Of a DNA stretch of 12,173 nt, positions 1 to 9,860 are shown one piece after another. The DNA is from Oligoflexia bacterium (GTDB lineage Bacteria > Bdellovibrionota > UBA1018). A program made the position numbers and the translations under genes. The number at the start of each line of letters is the position of its first letter. The stretch's first letter is position 1. The stretch lies in the NCBI GenBank assembly GCA_043732485.1, contig JAYTHP010000148.1, positions 1 to 12,173 on the forward strand. Direction: 5' to 3'. A model generated the notes under the pieces. That model saw nothing but the letters and a program-made list of their open reading frames with translations. It was not told the origin of the DNA and made no database searches.

Positions 1-2
1 TC

Positions 3-1256
<1,254 letters not shown>

Positions 1257-1312
1257 CTAAGTGCTCAATTATTTTGCACTCTTACTCGGAAACTCCAACC
1301 TCAACCATTCTT

Positions 1313-1339
1313 ACTCAAGAACCCTGACTCAAGAACCCT
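1313..1339. repeat. Tandem direct repeat ACTCAAGAACCCT x2 (14-bp period) in the rpoB-rpoC spacer
   Basis: Identical 13-mers at 1313-1325 and 1327-1339, followed by a degenerate partial copy (actaaacct). Confidence 0.85.
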
Positions 1340-1392
1340 AACTAAACCTGAATTGAGCAGTCTGAACGCCGCTCCCGGTACTTTTGGAACCC

Positions 1393-4300
1393 TTAAAGTA
1401 AGGGCGCCTTAAGCGCTTTTTCCTCTTCCTCAATCAATTCAACGTTCAGTGCCAAGCTTTGTAACTCTTTCACTAACACGTTAAAAGATTCAGGCAGTCC
1501 TGGCTCTAACAGCTGCTCGCCCTTGACAATCGCCTCGTACATGCGGTTACGGCCAGTGACGTCATCAGATTTCACAGTTAAAAACTCCTGCAAACCGTAA
1601 GCCGCCCCGTAAGCCTCAAGCGCCCAGACTTCCATTTCTCCTAAGCGTTGACCACCGAACTGCGCCTTGCCTCCCAGCGGCTGCTGGGTGACCAAACTAT
1701 AAGGACCAATACTACGGGCATGGATCTTTTCTTCCACCAAATGATGGAGCTTCAACATGTACATGATCCCGACCGTCACTTCCTCAGCAAACGGCTCCCC
1801 TGTGACCCCGTCATAGAGCGTGGTTTGTCCGCGACTCGGAAGCCCGGCAATTTCTAGCATCCGGGCAATGTCCTGCTCGGTGGCCCCATCAAACACCGGG
1901 GTCGCCATATGCACCCCGCGTCGCAGATGGTAGGCCATCTTCCTCAATTCCTCATGACTGGCCTTCGCTAGATACTGATCGACTTCGGCGTGATGAAAGG
2001 TCTCTTGCATCACCTTGCGTAGACCTTCATAATCAATGCGCTCTACGTAGGCATTAATCCTTTCGCCAATCCCGTGAGCCGCCCACCCTAAGGTCACTTC
2101 TAGCAACTGCCCAATATTCATACGCGAAGGCACACCCAGCGGATTGAGCACCATGTCCACCGGGATACCGTTGGCCATAAAAGGCATATCTTCCATCGGT
2201 AAAATGCGGCTGATCACCCCTTTATTACCGTGGCGTCCTGCCATCTTATCTCCCACCTGCAGCCGGCGCTTGATAGCAATTTGCACCTTCACCATCTTAA
2301 TCACGCCAGGCGCAAGCTCGTCACCGCGTCGCAGCTTGTCAGTTTTCTCTTGAAAGACATAGCGCACGGCGTCTAAACGATCCCGTGCAGCCTTCATCAA
2401 GGTCGTCACTTCCTGCTCCAACTCCTCGGTTAAAGGAATAAAGCCTAAAAGATCAAACGGAACCTCAGCAAGCGTCTCAGCATCCAGCTTCTGCCCCTTC
2501 TTGAGCAGCTCTAACGAACCATCTTCCGACAACAGCTTACTGGTCGTGGACTGCCCCTGCAGTAACTTCACTAAGTGACCGACGACCGACTGGCGGATCG
2601 CTTCCGTCTCAATACGCTCGTCGCGCGCAATGCGCAAGATCTGCTCTTCTAAGATCGCCTGCGAACGCTCATCAGGATCCGTCCCCTCGCGGGCAAAAAT
2701 CTGGGCGTTAATCACAACACCTTGTACGCCCGACGGCACACGCAGCGAAGTGTCTCTGACGTCCCCTGCCTTCTCACCGAAGATCGCCCGTAAAAGCTTC
2801 TCCTCTGGCGAAAGCTGAGTCTCACCCTTAGGGGTGACTTTCCCGACCAAGACATCCCCAGGCTTCACTTCAGCACCAATGCGAATAATCCCGCTTTGGT
2901 CCAAATCCTTGAGCGCCTCTTCGCCGACATTAGGAATGTCGCGCGTGATGTCCTCTTTCCCTAACTTCGTGTCTCGCGCAATGCACTCAAACTCTTCAAT
3001 GTGGATCGAGCTGAAGGTGTCTTCCTTGATCAAGCGCTCTGAGATCAAAATTGAGTCTTCAAAGTTGTACCCATTCCAAGGCATGAAAGCGATCAAGACG
3101 TTTTGCCCAAGCGCCAACTCACCGGCATCCGTGCCCGGACCATCCGCCAAGACATCGCCGGCCTTGACCCAATCGCCCTTTTGCACCACCGGACGCTGCG
3201 TCACGCAGGTGTTTTGGTTGGAACGCTGGTACTTGACCAAATTGTAGATGTCGACGCCTGAGTCGTTGGGGGCTTTTTCCGTCACCCGCACCACGATCTT
3301 CGTGCCATCGACCATCACCACCTGGCCCGCATGCTTATTGACAATGATTTGCTCAGAATCCCGAGCGACCACCTTTTCAATCCCGGTGCCCACTAAGGGC
3401 GCGTGAGTGCGAATCAACGGTACAGCCTGACGCTGCATGTTCGAACCCATCAAGGCGCGGTTAGCATCGTCATGCTCTAAGAACGGAATCAAGGAGGCCG
3501 CAATCGAAACCAACTGATTCGGTGAAACATCCATCAATTCCACTTCATCCGGATGAACTAGGGCAAAATCACCCTTCCTTCGTGCCGCCACCAGCTCGCC
3601 TGAGATCATCTGCGTTCGCAAAGCTTCAGGCGCCACTTGGGCAATAATCCGATTTTCTTCTTCCGTAGCCGTGAAAAAACGGATCTCGTCGACGAGTTTT
3701 CCTTCTTGAATCAAGCGGTAAGGCGTTTCAATAAAGCCAAACTCGTTAACCCGCGCGTAGGTCGATAAGCTTGCAATCAAGCCAATGTTCGGACCTTCTG
3801 GCGTCTCAATCGGACAAATACGACCATAATGGGTGTTGTGGACGTCACGAACCTCAAAGCCCGCTCGCTCACGCGTCAAACCGCCTGGCCCTAAGGCTGA
3901 CAGCCTCCGCTTGTGAGTGACTTCCGACAAAGGATTAGTTTGATCCATGAACTGCGACAATTGGCTAGAACCAAAAAATTCCTTCACCACAGCCGAGACT
4001 GGCTTCTGATTGATCAAGTCGTGCGGCATCAAAGTTTCAATTTCTTGAATACTCATGCGCTCTTTAATCGCCCGCTCCATCCTGACTAAACCAATCCGGT
4101 ACTGGTTTTCAATCAACTCACCTACCGCACGCACCCGGCGATTGCCCAAGTGATCGATGTCGTCAATCGTGCCCCGACCGTTATTCAATTCACACAGGTA
4201 CAACAGGGTCGAGAGAATGTCGCCTTGGGTCAAAATCGTGGTCGCAGGATCGACCTGATTTTCAGGAAACTTATAATTCAACTTCAACCGCCCTACCCGA

Positions 4301-5520
4301 GAGAGGTCATAGCGATCGGAGTTAAAAAACAGATTCTCAAACAATAACTTAGCAGCCTCAATGGTGGGAGGATCACCGGGCCTCATGCGCTTATAGATCT
4401 CAATCAGCGCCTCTTCTGGGCTAGAAATCTTATCTAAAACCAAAGTCTCGCGAATGAAAGCGCCGTGGGTCAAGTTATCACTAAAGATAAACTTCACTTC
4501 CCGGATCCCTCTGGCTTGCAGTTCCTTGATCTTTTCCTCGGAAATCTCCTGATTGGTCTCTAACAAAACTTCGCCGGTGGCTTCATCCACGATATCTTCT
4601 GAAGCGACCCGGCCCACCATCGCATCCAAACCGACTTCAAGCTGCTCAATTTTCGCTTCCTGAATGCGCTTGATCACCGCCTTGGTGAATTTTCGGTTCT
4701 TTTTAACGATGATTTCGCCCGAACTCGGATCAACAATATCTTCTTCGGCACGTTGCCCGGAGAGAATCTCCGCGTCCACCTTCTTGTACAGGCGGCCGTC
4801 GTCTTCGAAAAACAGCCGCTCAATACGATAAAAATGGGTCAGAATTTCGTGGTTCGACAAGCCCATGGCACGCAAGATGATCGTCGCAGGTAACTTGCGC
4901 TTGCGATCGATTCTCACATAGACCAAGTCCTTGTGGTCAAATTCAAAGTCCAACCAAGAACCACGATGAGGAATGATTCTTGCCGAGTAGAGGATTTTAC
5001 CGCTGGAGTGACTCTTGCCTTGATCGTGATCAAAAATGACCCCTGGCGAGCGATGCAACTGGCTGACAATCACGCGCTCCGTGCCGTTGATGATAAAGGA
5101 ACCAGCTTCCGTCATCAAAGGGATTTCCCCCATGTAGACTTCCTGTTCCTTAATGTCACGGATGTTGCGGGTGCCGGCTTCTTCGTCAACCTCGTAAACC
5201 ACCAGGCGCACGGTGATCTTGAGCGGTGCCGCAAAGGTCATGCCCCTTTGCCGACATTCCATGACATCATACTTTGGACGCTCAAGAACATAGCTCTCAA
5301 ATTCCAGAGAAGCGGTGCGATTAAAATCCTCAATCGGAAAAACAGACCGAAAAACAGCCTGTAAGCCCGCGTTAATCCGAGCTTGCGGCGCAACCTCGGC
5401 TTGAAGAAATTTTTCGTAAGACTTTCTCTGCAACTCAATCAGATTTGGGATCTCAACCGGAGAAGTGATTTTAGAGAAATCTCTACGAATTCGGCGATTT
5501 TCCGAAAAAAGGGAAGCCAT
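1393..5520 (-). CDS. rpoB: DNA-directed RNA polymerase subunit beta (1375 aa)
   Basis: Motifs [19 protein letters not shown], rifampicin region [70 protein letters not shown] at 5526-5530. Confidence 0.99.
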   Translation of the reverse strand: MASLFSENRRIRRDFSKITSPVEIPNLIELQRKSYEKFLQAEVAPQARINAGLQAVFRSVFPIEDFNRTASLEFESYVLERPKYDVMECRQRGMTFAAPLKITVRLVVYEVDEEAGTRNIRDIKEQEVYMGEIPLMTEAGSFIINGTERVIVSQLHRSPGVIFDHDQGKSHSSGKILYSARIIPHRGSWLDFEFDHKDLVYVRIDRKRKLPATIILRAMGLSNHEILTHFYRIERLFFEDDGRLYKKVDAEILSGQRAEEDIVDPSSGEIIVKKNRKFTKAVIKRIQEAKIEQLEVGLDAMVGRVASEDIVDEATGEVLLETNQEISEEKIKELQARGIREVKFIFSDNLTHGAFIRETLVLDKISSPEEALIEIYKRMRPGDPPTIEAAKLLFENLFFNSDRYDLSRVGRLKLNYKFPENQVDPATTILTQGDILSTLLYLCELNNGRGTIDDIDHLGNRRVRAVGELIENQYRIGLVRMERAIKERMSIQEIETLMPHDLINQKPVSAVVKEFFGSSQLSQFMDQTNPLSEVTHKRRLSALGPGGLTRERAGFEVRDVHNTHYGRICPIETPEGPNIGLIASLSTYARVNEFGFIETPYRLIQEGKLVDEIRFFTATEEENRIIAQVAPEALRTQMISGELVAARRKGDFALVHPDEVELMDVSPNQLVSIAASLIPFLEHDDANRALMGSNMQRQAVPLIRTHAPLVGTGIEKVVARDSEQIIVNKHAGQVVMVDGTKIVVRVTEKAPNDSGVDIYNLVKYQRSNQNTCVTQRPVVQKGDWVKAGDVLADGPGTDAGELALGQNVLIAFMPWNGYNFEDSILISERLIKEDTFSSIHIEEFECIARDTKLGKEDITRDIPNVGEEALKDLDQSGIIRIGAEVKPGDVLVGKVTPKGETQLSPEEKLLRAIFGEKAGDVRDTSLRVPSGVQGVVINAQIFAREGTDPDERSQAILEEQILRIARDERIETEAIRQSVVGHLVKLLQGQSTTSKLLSEDGSLELLKKGQKLDAETLAEVPFDLLGFIPLTEELEQEVTTLMKAARDRLDAVRYVFQEKTDKLRRGDELAPGVIKMVKVQIAIKRRLQVGDKMAGRHGNKGVISRILPMEDMPFMANGIPVDMVLNPLGVPSRMNIGQLLEVTLGWAAHGIGERINAYVERIDYEGLRKVMQETFHHAEVDQYLAKASHEELRKMAYHLRRGVHMATPVFDGATEQDIARMLEIAGLPSRGQTTLYDGVTGEPFAEEVTVGIMYMLKLHHLVEEKIHARSIGPYSLVTQQPLGGKAQFGGQRLGEMEVWALEAYGAAYGLQEFLTVKSDDVTGRNRMYEAIVKGEQLLEPGLPESFNVLVKELQSLALNVELIEEEEKALKAPLL

Positions 5521-5765
5521 ATCTGCTCCTAAACTAAGAAATATAAGAAATTCAGTCTTTCTAGCCTACCCTATTTTTTCAGGAAGGCAAGAAAGCTCTG
5601 ACTCTTGCATGAACTCCGATGCCGTAGGGCTGATCGTTGCTGCAAGGCCACGGTTTTGCCTCTTTGCAAATGCCCGCAACCTTCACCGCCGCTTTCGGTC
5701 CGATCCTGGTCTAGACCTCAGTCAAAGACGACGACCGCGACCTGTCCACTCCAACTCTCTGAGAC

Positions 5766-6146
5766 TTACTTTAATTCGACTTTGGCGCCGACGGCTTCAA
5801 GCTTCTTCTTGATGTCTTCAGCGTCTTGCTTGCTTACGGCTTCCTTCACGGTCCTAGGTGCGCCTTCGACCAATTCCTTGGCTTCTTTCAGTCCCAAGCC
5901 GGTAATGGTGCGAATTTCCTTAATCACTTCAATCTTCTTTTCGCCAAAGGAGGCTAAGACGACGGTGAATTCGGTTTTTGCTTCCACCACGGGGGCAGCA
6001 GCACTTGGTCCAGCAGCCATTGCCATCGGTGCAGCAGCGGAAACACCAAACTTGGTTTCCAACTCTTTCACCAATTGGGATAACTCAAGAACGGAAATGC
6101 CTTCAAGATAAGAAACAACTTGCTCTTTCGAAATTGCGGTTGACAT
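5766..6146 (-). CDS. rplL: 50S ribosomal protein L7/L12 (bL12)
   Basis: 126 aa; [19 protein letters not shown], Ala-rich hinge, [26 protein letters not shown]-terminal GAKVELK. SD-like AGGAG upstream. Conserved position before rpoB. Confidence 0.99.
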   Translation of the reverse strand: MSTAISKEQVVSYLEGISVLELSQLVKELETKFGVSAAAPMAMAAGPSAAAPVVEAKTEFTVVLASFGEKKIEVIKEIRTITGLGLKEAKELVEGAPRTVKEAVSKQDAEDIKKKLEAVGAKVELK

Positions 6147-6281
6147 GACTTCTACTCTCCTACGCTTTCAGGGATTGCCACCTTCCGAATGACAACTCCC
6201 GTGCCCTTTACTTACTGCGGGCAGGGTTACTTGCTATTGTCCTAATAACAAGTTGAAATAAAACACCTCAAAATCCGCGCT

Positions 6282-6824
6282 TTAAGCGGCCTGAGCATCC
6301 TCTTTCTTTTTTTGTATGGCAGCCAAAACAGTGACTAAGGAACGCGGAACCGCAGCCAAAACGCCCACAAACTGGGTAATCGGAGCATTCATCGTCCCTA
6401 AAAGCTTGGCAACCAAAACTTCACGTGCCGGCAAGGAAGCAAGCTCTTCGACTGCCTCAGCAGTAATGCGAGTTTGTCCCAGCAGGCTTTCCTTAATCTT
6501 TAAGGCCTGGTTTTCCTTGGAAAACTTATAAACCACCTTCGCGGCAACCGCAGGATCCCCAAAAGCAAAAGCCACCAAGGTCGACCCAACCACACCGTCC
6601 ATCAGCTCTTTGGCCTGCACGCCCATCGAACCGTCCTGGGTGACTAAGCGCCCAACGTTATTTTTTAAAACCTTTACTTCCGCCTGATGCCCGCGCAAGG
6701 CTCGGCGAAGGTCGTCCGCCTGAGTGGCAGTCAGCCCCTTGTAATCGGCGAAAATAGCCACCGTGGCTCGCGTAAATTTCTCTTTCAGTGCAACTGCTAG
6801 TTCTGATTTTTGAGATCGATTCAT
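6282..6824 (-). CDS. rplJ: 50S ribosomal protein L10 (uL10)
   Basis: 180 aa; ADYKGLT, LRRALR, VKVLKNN, LASLPAREVLVAKLLGTMNAP. Located between rplA and rplL. Confidence 0.97.
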   Translation of the reverse strand: MNRSQKSELAVALKEKFTRATVAIFADYKGLTATQADDLRRALRGHQAEVKVLKNNVGRLVTQDGSMGVQAKELMDGVVGSTLVAFAFGDPAVAAKVVYKFSKENQALKIKESLLGQTRITAEAVEELASLPAREVLVAKLLGTMNAPITQFVGVLAAVPRSLVTVLAAIQKKKEDAQAA

Positions 6825-6928
6825 CTTATCTTCCTAATTTTCTACCTAAGGGTTACTTCTAAGGGTTTATTTCTGACTGACGAAGGCTCTGCGCTTATCC
6901 TATTTTTTTCGACACTTTAAACTCAAGG

Positions 6929-7042
6929 CCTGCGCCGTCTCTCAGCTACCCCAGGTTTCCTCACTCACTTTCTCTCGACGCGACGAGTGGCGAAGAAGAT
7001 AACAAACCCGGCGCTGCTTACTCGCTCTTGGCAGGGGACTAA
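6929..7042 (-). promoter_or_regulatory. Structured RNA element in the rplJ leader; candidate L10(L12)n autoregulatory site
   Basis: Nested helices on the mRNA: CCUGC/GCAGG, CAGC/GCUG, CCGGGUUU/AAACCUGG, CUUCGC-CAC/GUG-A-GUGAGG. Sits where L10 leaders normally occur. Function is inferred only. Confidence 0.4.
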
Positions 7043-7264
7043 GGCTCTACCCTCACCCCATCACTGACCTGGCCCCTCTCGCTCAACACTGCTTTGGATT
7101 ATGTTCTCTGCGCTGCTTTTTTTACCTTATTTGCAACTCGCTCATCTACTCAACTCAGGGGCTTTCTTGAGTCGATGGAGCTGGAAGGAAGACCCGGCAT
7201 CGTCTCGTTTCTTCGCTCAAGCCTGGACTTCGGGCTTGCGACTTCACCCCCAACCCTTCAAGGG

Positions 7265-8047
7265 TTACCCAGCACTGACCACGCTGAGCACGTCGGCGGT
7301 ATCAAGTAAAATTGAAGGTGTCATGGTAGCTGAGAGCGAAATACCTCGCATGTAAGTCCCTTTGCTGGTCGGAGGCTTTGCTTTTAAAATTACACCGGTT
7401 ATGGAGATAAAATTGTCTCGCAGCTTTTCTACGCCAAAGGATCGCTTGCCGATCCCCACATGGATAATTCCGGTCTTCTCCGTCCGGTACTCAATTTTCC
7501 CGAGCTTCTGTTCTTTAACGGCTTTCGTCACGTCAAAGGTCACGGTTCCTAGCTTAGGATTCGGCATTAAGCCGCGGGGCCCAAGAATCTTACCGATCTT
7601 TGAAACGGCCACCATCATGTCCGGAGTGGCAATCATCTTATCAAACTCAAACCAGCCACCGGCAATCTTCTCAATAAGCTCGTCAGCTCCCACAAAATCA
7701 GCACCAGCAGCGGTGGCATCTTTCGCTTTCTCGCCTTTAGCCAGCACCGCTACCCTCATGACCTTACCAATTCCATGAGGCAGCACGACCGCTCCTCGGA
7801 CCATTTGATCAGCATGCTTCGGGTCGACGCCCAAATTAAAAGCCACGTCGATAGTTTCATCAAACTTGGCGTAGGCAATCTTCAGCAAAAGTTCAAAGGC
7901 CGCATTCACGCTGTAAGGGCGACTCACTTCGATTTGCTGGATAGCTTGAATGTACTTCTTGCCGTGATTACCAAATTGGATTTTCAGGCGCTTCTTTAAG
8001 TTAACTTTTTCAGTCGTCTCCGCTGAAACTTCTTTTTTCTCTGTCAT
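7265..8047 (-). CDS. rplA: 50S ribosomal protein L1 (uL1) with N-terminal extension
   Basis: [61 protein letters not shown] at 8047 is preferred over the adjacent in-frame TTG at 8050 given the upstream UAGGA spacing. Confidence 0.98.
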   Translation of the reverse strand: MTEKKEVSAETTEKVNLKKRLKIQFGNHGKKYIQAIQQIEVSRPYSVNAAFELLLKIAYAKFDETIDVAFNLGVDPKHADQMVRGAVVLPHGIGKVMRVAVLAKGEKAKDATAAGADFVGADELIEKIAGGWFEFDKMIATPDMMVAVSKIGKILGPRGLMPNPKLGTVTFDVTKAVKEQKLGKIEYRTEKTGIIHVGIGKRSFGVEKLRDNFISITGVILKAKPPTSKGTYMRGISLSATMTPSILLDTADVLSVVSAG

Positions 8048-8061
8048 CAAATCCTACTTCT

Positions 8062-8093
8062 GTGGTCCTAACGCTTACTCAGTAAGCTTCCAC
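8062..8093 (-). promoter_or_regulatory. Putative ribosomal protein L1-binding mRNA element (translational operator) upstream of rplA
   Basis: mRNA GUGG-AA-GCUUAC-UGA-GUAAGC-GUUAGGA-CCAC: GUGG/CCAC helix, asymmetric internal loop and 6-bp upper helix. Resembles known L1 sites that mimic 23S rRNA, and ends 14 nt before the rplA ATG. Confidence 0.75.
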
Positions 8094-8160
8094 GGATGGG
8101 GGTGGGGTGATCGTTGGGGTAAAGTTACCCTAAGGGACTATGGCTCACTTTTCAGCTCCC

Positions 8161-8589
8161 TTAAGCCTCGGTAATCGTAATCCCAGCACTTCTTGCAGTT
8201 CCAGAAATCGTCCGCATCGCCGCGTCAACGCTTCCGGCGTTCAGGTCGGGCATCTTCAGGGTAGCAATTTCTCGGATCTGGGCAGAAGTAACCTTACCTA
8301 CCTTATTTTTGTTCGGTTCTCCAGAACCTTTTTCAATTTTTGCAGCTTTCAACAATAAAATAGAAGCGGGCGGCGTTTTTGTGATGAAGGTGAAGGAACG
8401 ATCGGAGAAGACCGTGATGATGACCGGGATCACCACCCCTTTTTGGTCCTGAGTTCTTGCGTTAAACGCCTTACAAAACTCCATGATATTGACGCCGCGT
8501 TGACCTAAGGCTGGACCCACGGGAGGAGCCGGGTTGGCCTGACCTCCGGGAATTTGTAACTTAATTTGTCCAACAACTTTCTTTGCCAT
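8161..8589 (-). CDS. rplK: 50S ribosomal protein L11 (uL11)
   Basis: [64 protein letters not shown]. Confidence 0.99.
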   Translation of the reverse strand: MAKKVVGQIKLQIPGGQANPAPPVGPALGQRGVNIMEFCKAFNARTQDQKGVVIPVIITVFSDRSFTFITKTPPASILLLKAAKIEKGSGEPNKNKVGKVTSAQIREIATLKMPDLNAGSVDAAMRTISGTARSAGITITEA

Positions 8590-8754
8590 AATCTTATCCT
8601 TACCCTTGTCTTGACTGCGAGCCTGATTGACTTACTTTGGCTCTCTCTCCATTACTCTCACCCGAAACTCGCTCAGCACTCACTGAGGGCGCTGACTTAA
8701 GCGTTTTCACACAAGGCTTAAAACCCCTCCTGGTCCACCCTCGACGAGACCGCC

Positions 8755-9312
8755 TTAAGTTTTCTCAACTTGCACAAAATCTAGCTCAACTGGCGTTGAG
8801 CGACCAAAAATACTGACTAAAACCTTCACTTTGCCCTTATCTTGGTTCACATCTTCCACCGTTCCGTTAAAGTTCGCAAACGGCCCGTCTACCACACGCA
8901 CGCTTTCGCCTTCGTGAAAAGAGACCCGGGGTCGTGGTTTCACTTGTCCCTCAGCAATCCGGTGAGTCATTTTTTGCACGTCCGACTCAGGCACCGGGAC
9001 AGGCTTCACTTTATCACCGACAAAACCCGTGATCTTTGGAGTATCCTTAACGATGTGCCAGGTCTCCTCGGTCAACATCATCTTCACTAAAATGTAACCC
9101 GGGAAAAAGCGGCGCTTGGTGGTGCGTTTTTGCCCCTTCACCAGCTCCACCACATTTTCTTCCGGAACAATGATTTCCATAAAGAAAGCTTCTTTTTTTA
9201 GTGCTTTAATTCGCTCCTCAAGCGCAATTTTTGCCTTATTTTCAAATCCGGAATAGGTGTGAACCACATACCACGCCATTTCTATCTCTTTTTGCGCTTG
9301 CATCTCGGCCAT
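8755..9312 (-). CDS. nusG: Transcription termination/antitermination factor NusG
   Basis: [33 protein letters not shown] motif [38 protein letters not shown] precedes the first ATG; an alternative start at MAWY is possible. Confidence 0.98.
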   Translation of the reverse strand: MAEMQAQKEIEMAWYVVHTYSGFENKAKIALEERIKALKKEAFFMEIIVPEENVVELVKGQKRTTKRRFFPGYILVKMMLTEETWHIVKDTPKITGFVGDKVKPVPVPESDVQKMTHRIAEGQVKPRPRVSFHEGESVRVVDGPFANFNGTVEDVNQDKGKVKVLVSIFGRSTPVELDFVQVEKT

Positions 9313-9326
9313 CGTTTCACCTTTCT

Positions 9327-9713
9327 TCAGAGAATCCTTTTTAACATTTGAATCCAGCAGTAGTCGAGAAACCCCAAGATGACCCCTGAGATCAACACCA
9401 TGATCATGACAATGACAGTCGAGTCCCTGGTTTCCAAGGCCGTAGGCCAGGTCACCCGCGCAAGCTCCGCCACCACTTCGTTCATGAACTGATTGGCACT
9501 GTCGTTACGAGTCAAGCCAAAGTAACAAGCCAAGCTCACTAAGAAAGCCAACCCCTTGAGGATGGCATCAAGCGAACGTACTTTCGACTCGAGATCAAAA
9601 GAAACAACGACCTGCCCAGCGAAGGCGAAAAACAGGTAGCCCACTAGAACAGCTAGTGCGAGATAGCTGAAGTTCACCCACGTTTGATGCTGACTTTGAT
9701 GCTGACTTTCCAT
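9327..9713 (-). CDS. secE: Preprotein translocase subunit SecE (long form, about three hydrophobic segments)
   Basis: SecE signature [16 protein letters not shown] followed by a C-terminal TM ([20 protein letters not shown]), plus two N-terminal hydrophobic stretches. Position between tRNA-Trp and nusG is canonical. Confidence 0.95.
   Translation of the reverse strand: MESQHQSQHQTWVNFSYLALAVLVGYLFFAFAGQVVVSFDLESKVRSLDAILKGLAFLVSLACYFGLTRNDSANQFMNEVVAELARVTWPTALETRDSTVIVMIMVLISGVILGFLDYCWIQMLKRIL
9683..9709. repeat. In-frame 12-bp tandem duplication (TTTGATGCTGAC x2) encoding SQHQ-SQHQ at the SecE N-terminus
   Basis: Exact copies at 9683-9694 and 9695-9706, plus ttt at 9707-9709. Confidence 0.85.
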
Positions 9714-9782
9714 AATTGACTTTCAAAATAGGCCAGACAACCGGCCGAAAACGTCAAATAACCACCAAAAACAACCAATAAA

Positions 9783-9858
9783 TGGCAGGGCAGGAGGGAC
9801 TCGAACCCACAACACGCGGATTTGGAATCCGCTGCTCTACCATTGGAGCTACTGCCCT
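9783..9858 (-). tRNA. tRNA-Trp (anticodon CCA)
   Basis: Reverse complement AGGGCAGTAGCTCCAATGGTAGAGCAGCGGATTCCAAATCCGCGTGTTGTGGGTTCGAGTCCCTCCTGCCCTGCCA; 76 nt, anticodon arm GCGGA-TTCCAAA-TCCGC, TTCGA T-loop, encoded CCA end. Confidence 0.98.
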
Positions 9859-9860
9859 AA

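Noticed and set aside
1334..1341. Resemblance of AACCCTAA to the eukaryotic telomere repeat (TTAGGG)n
   Set aside because: Copies are isolated, never in a 6-bp tandem array, and lie inside a typical bacterial operon.
1313..1349. CRISPR-like array in the rpoB-rpoC spacer
   Set aside because: Only two 13-bp units separated by 1 nt; no unique spacers and no cas genes.
3880..3980. Possible rifampicin-resistance substitutions in RpoB cluster I
   Set aside because: [26 protein letters not shown] retains the residues equivalent to E. coli Q513, D516, H526 and S531, which is the sensitive-type sequence.
8678..8689. 12-mer ACTCACTGAGGG matching 10160-10171 in inverted orientation
   Set aside because: A single 12-bp match among about 2.2 kb of intergenic sequence is not unexpected by chance, and the flanks do not extend the match.
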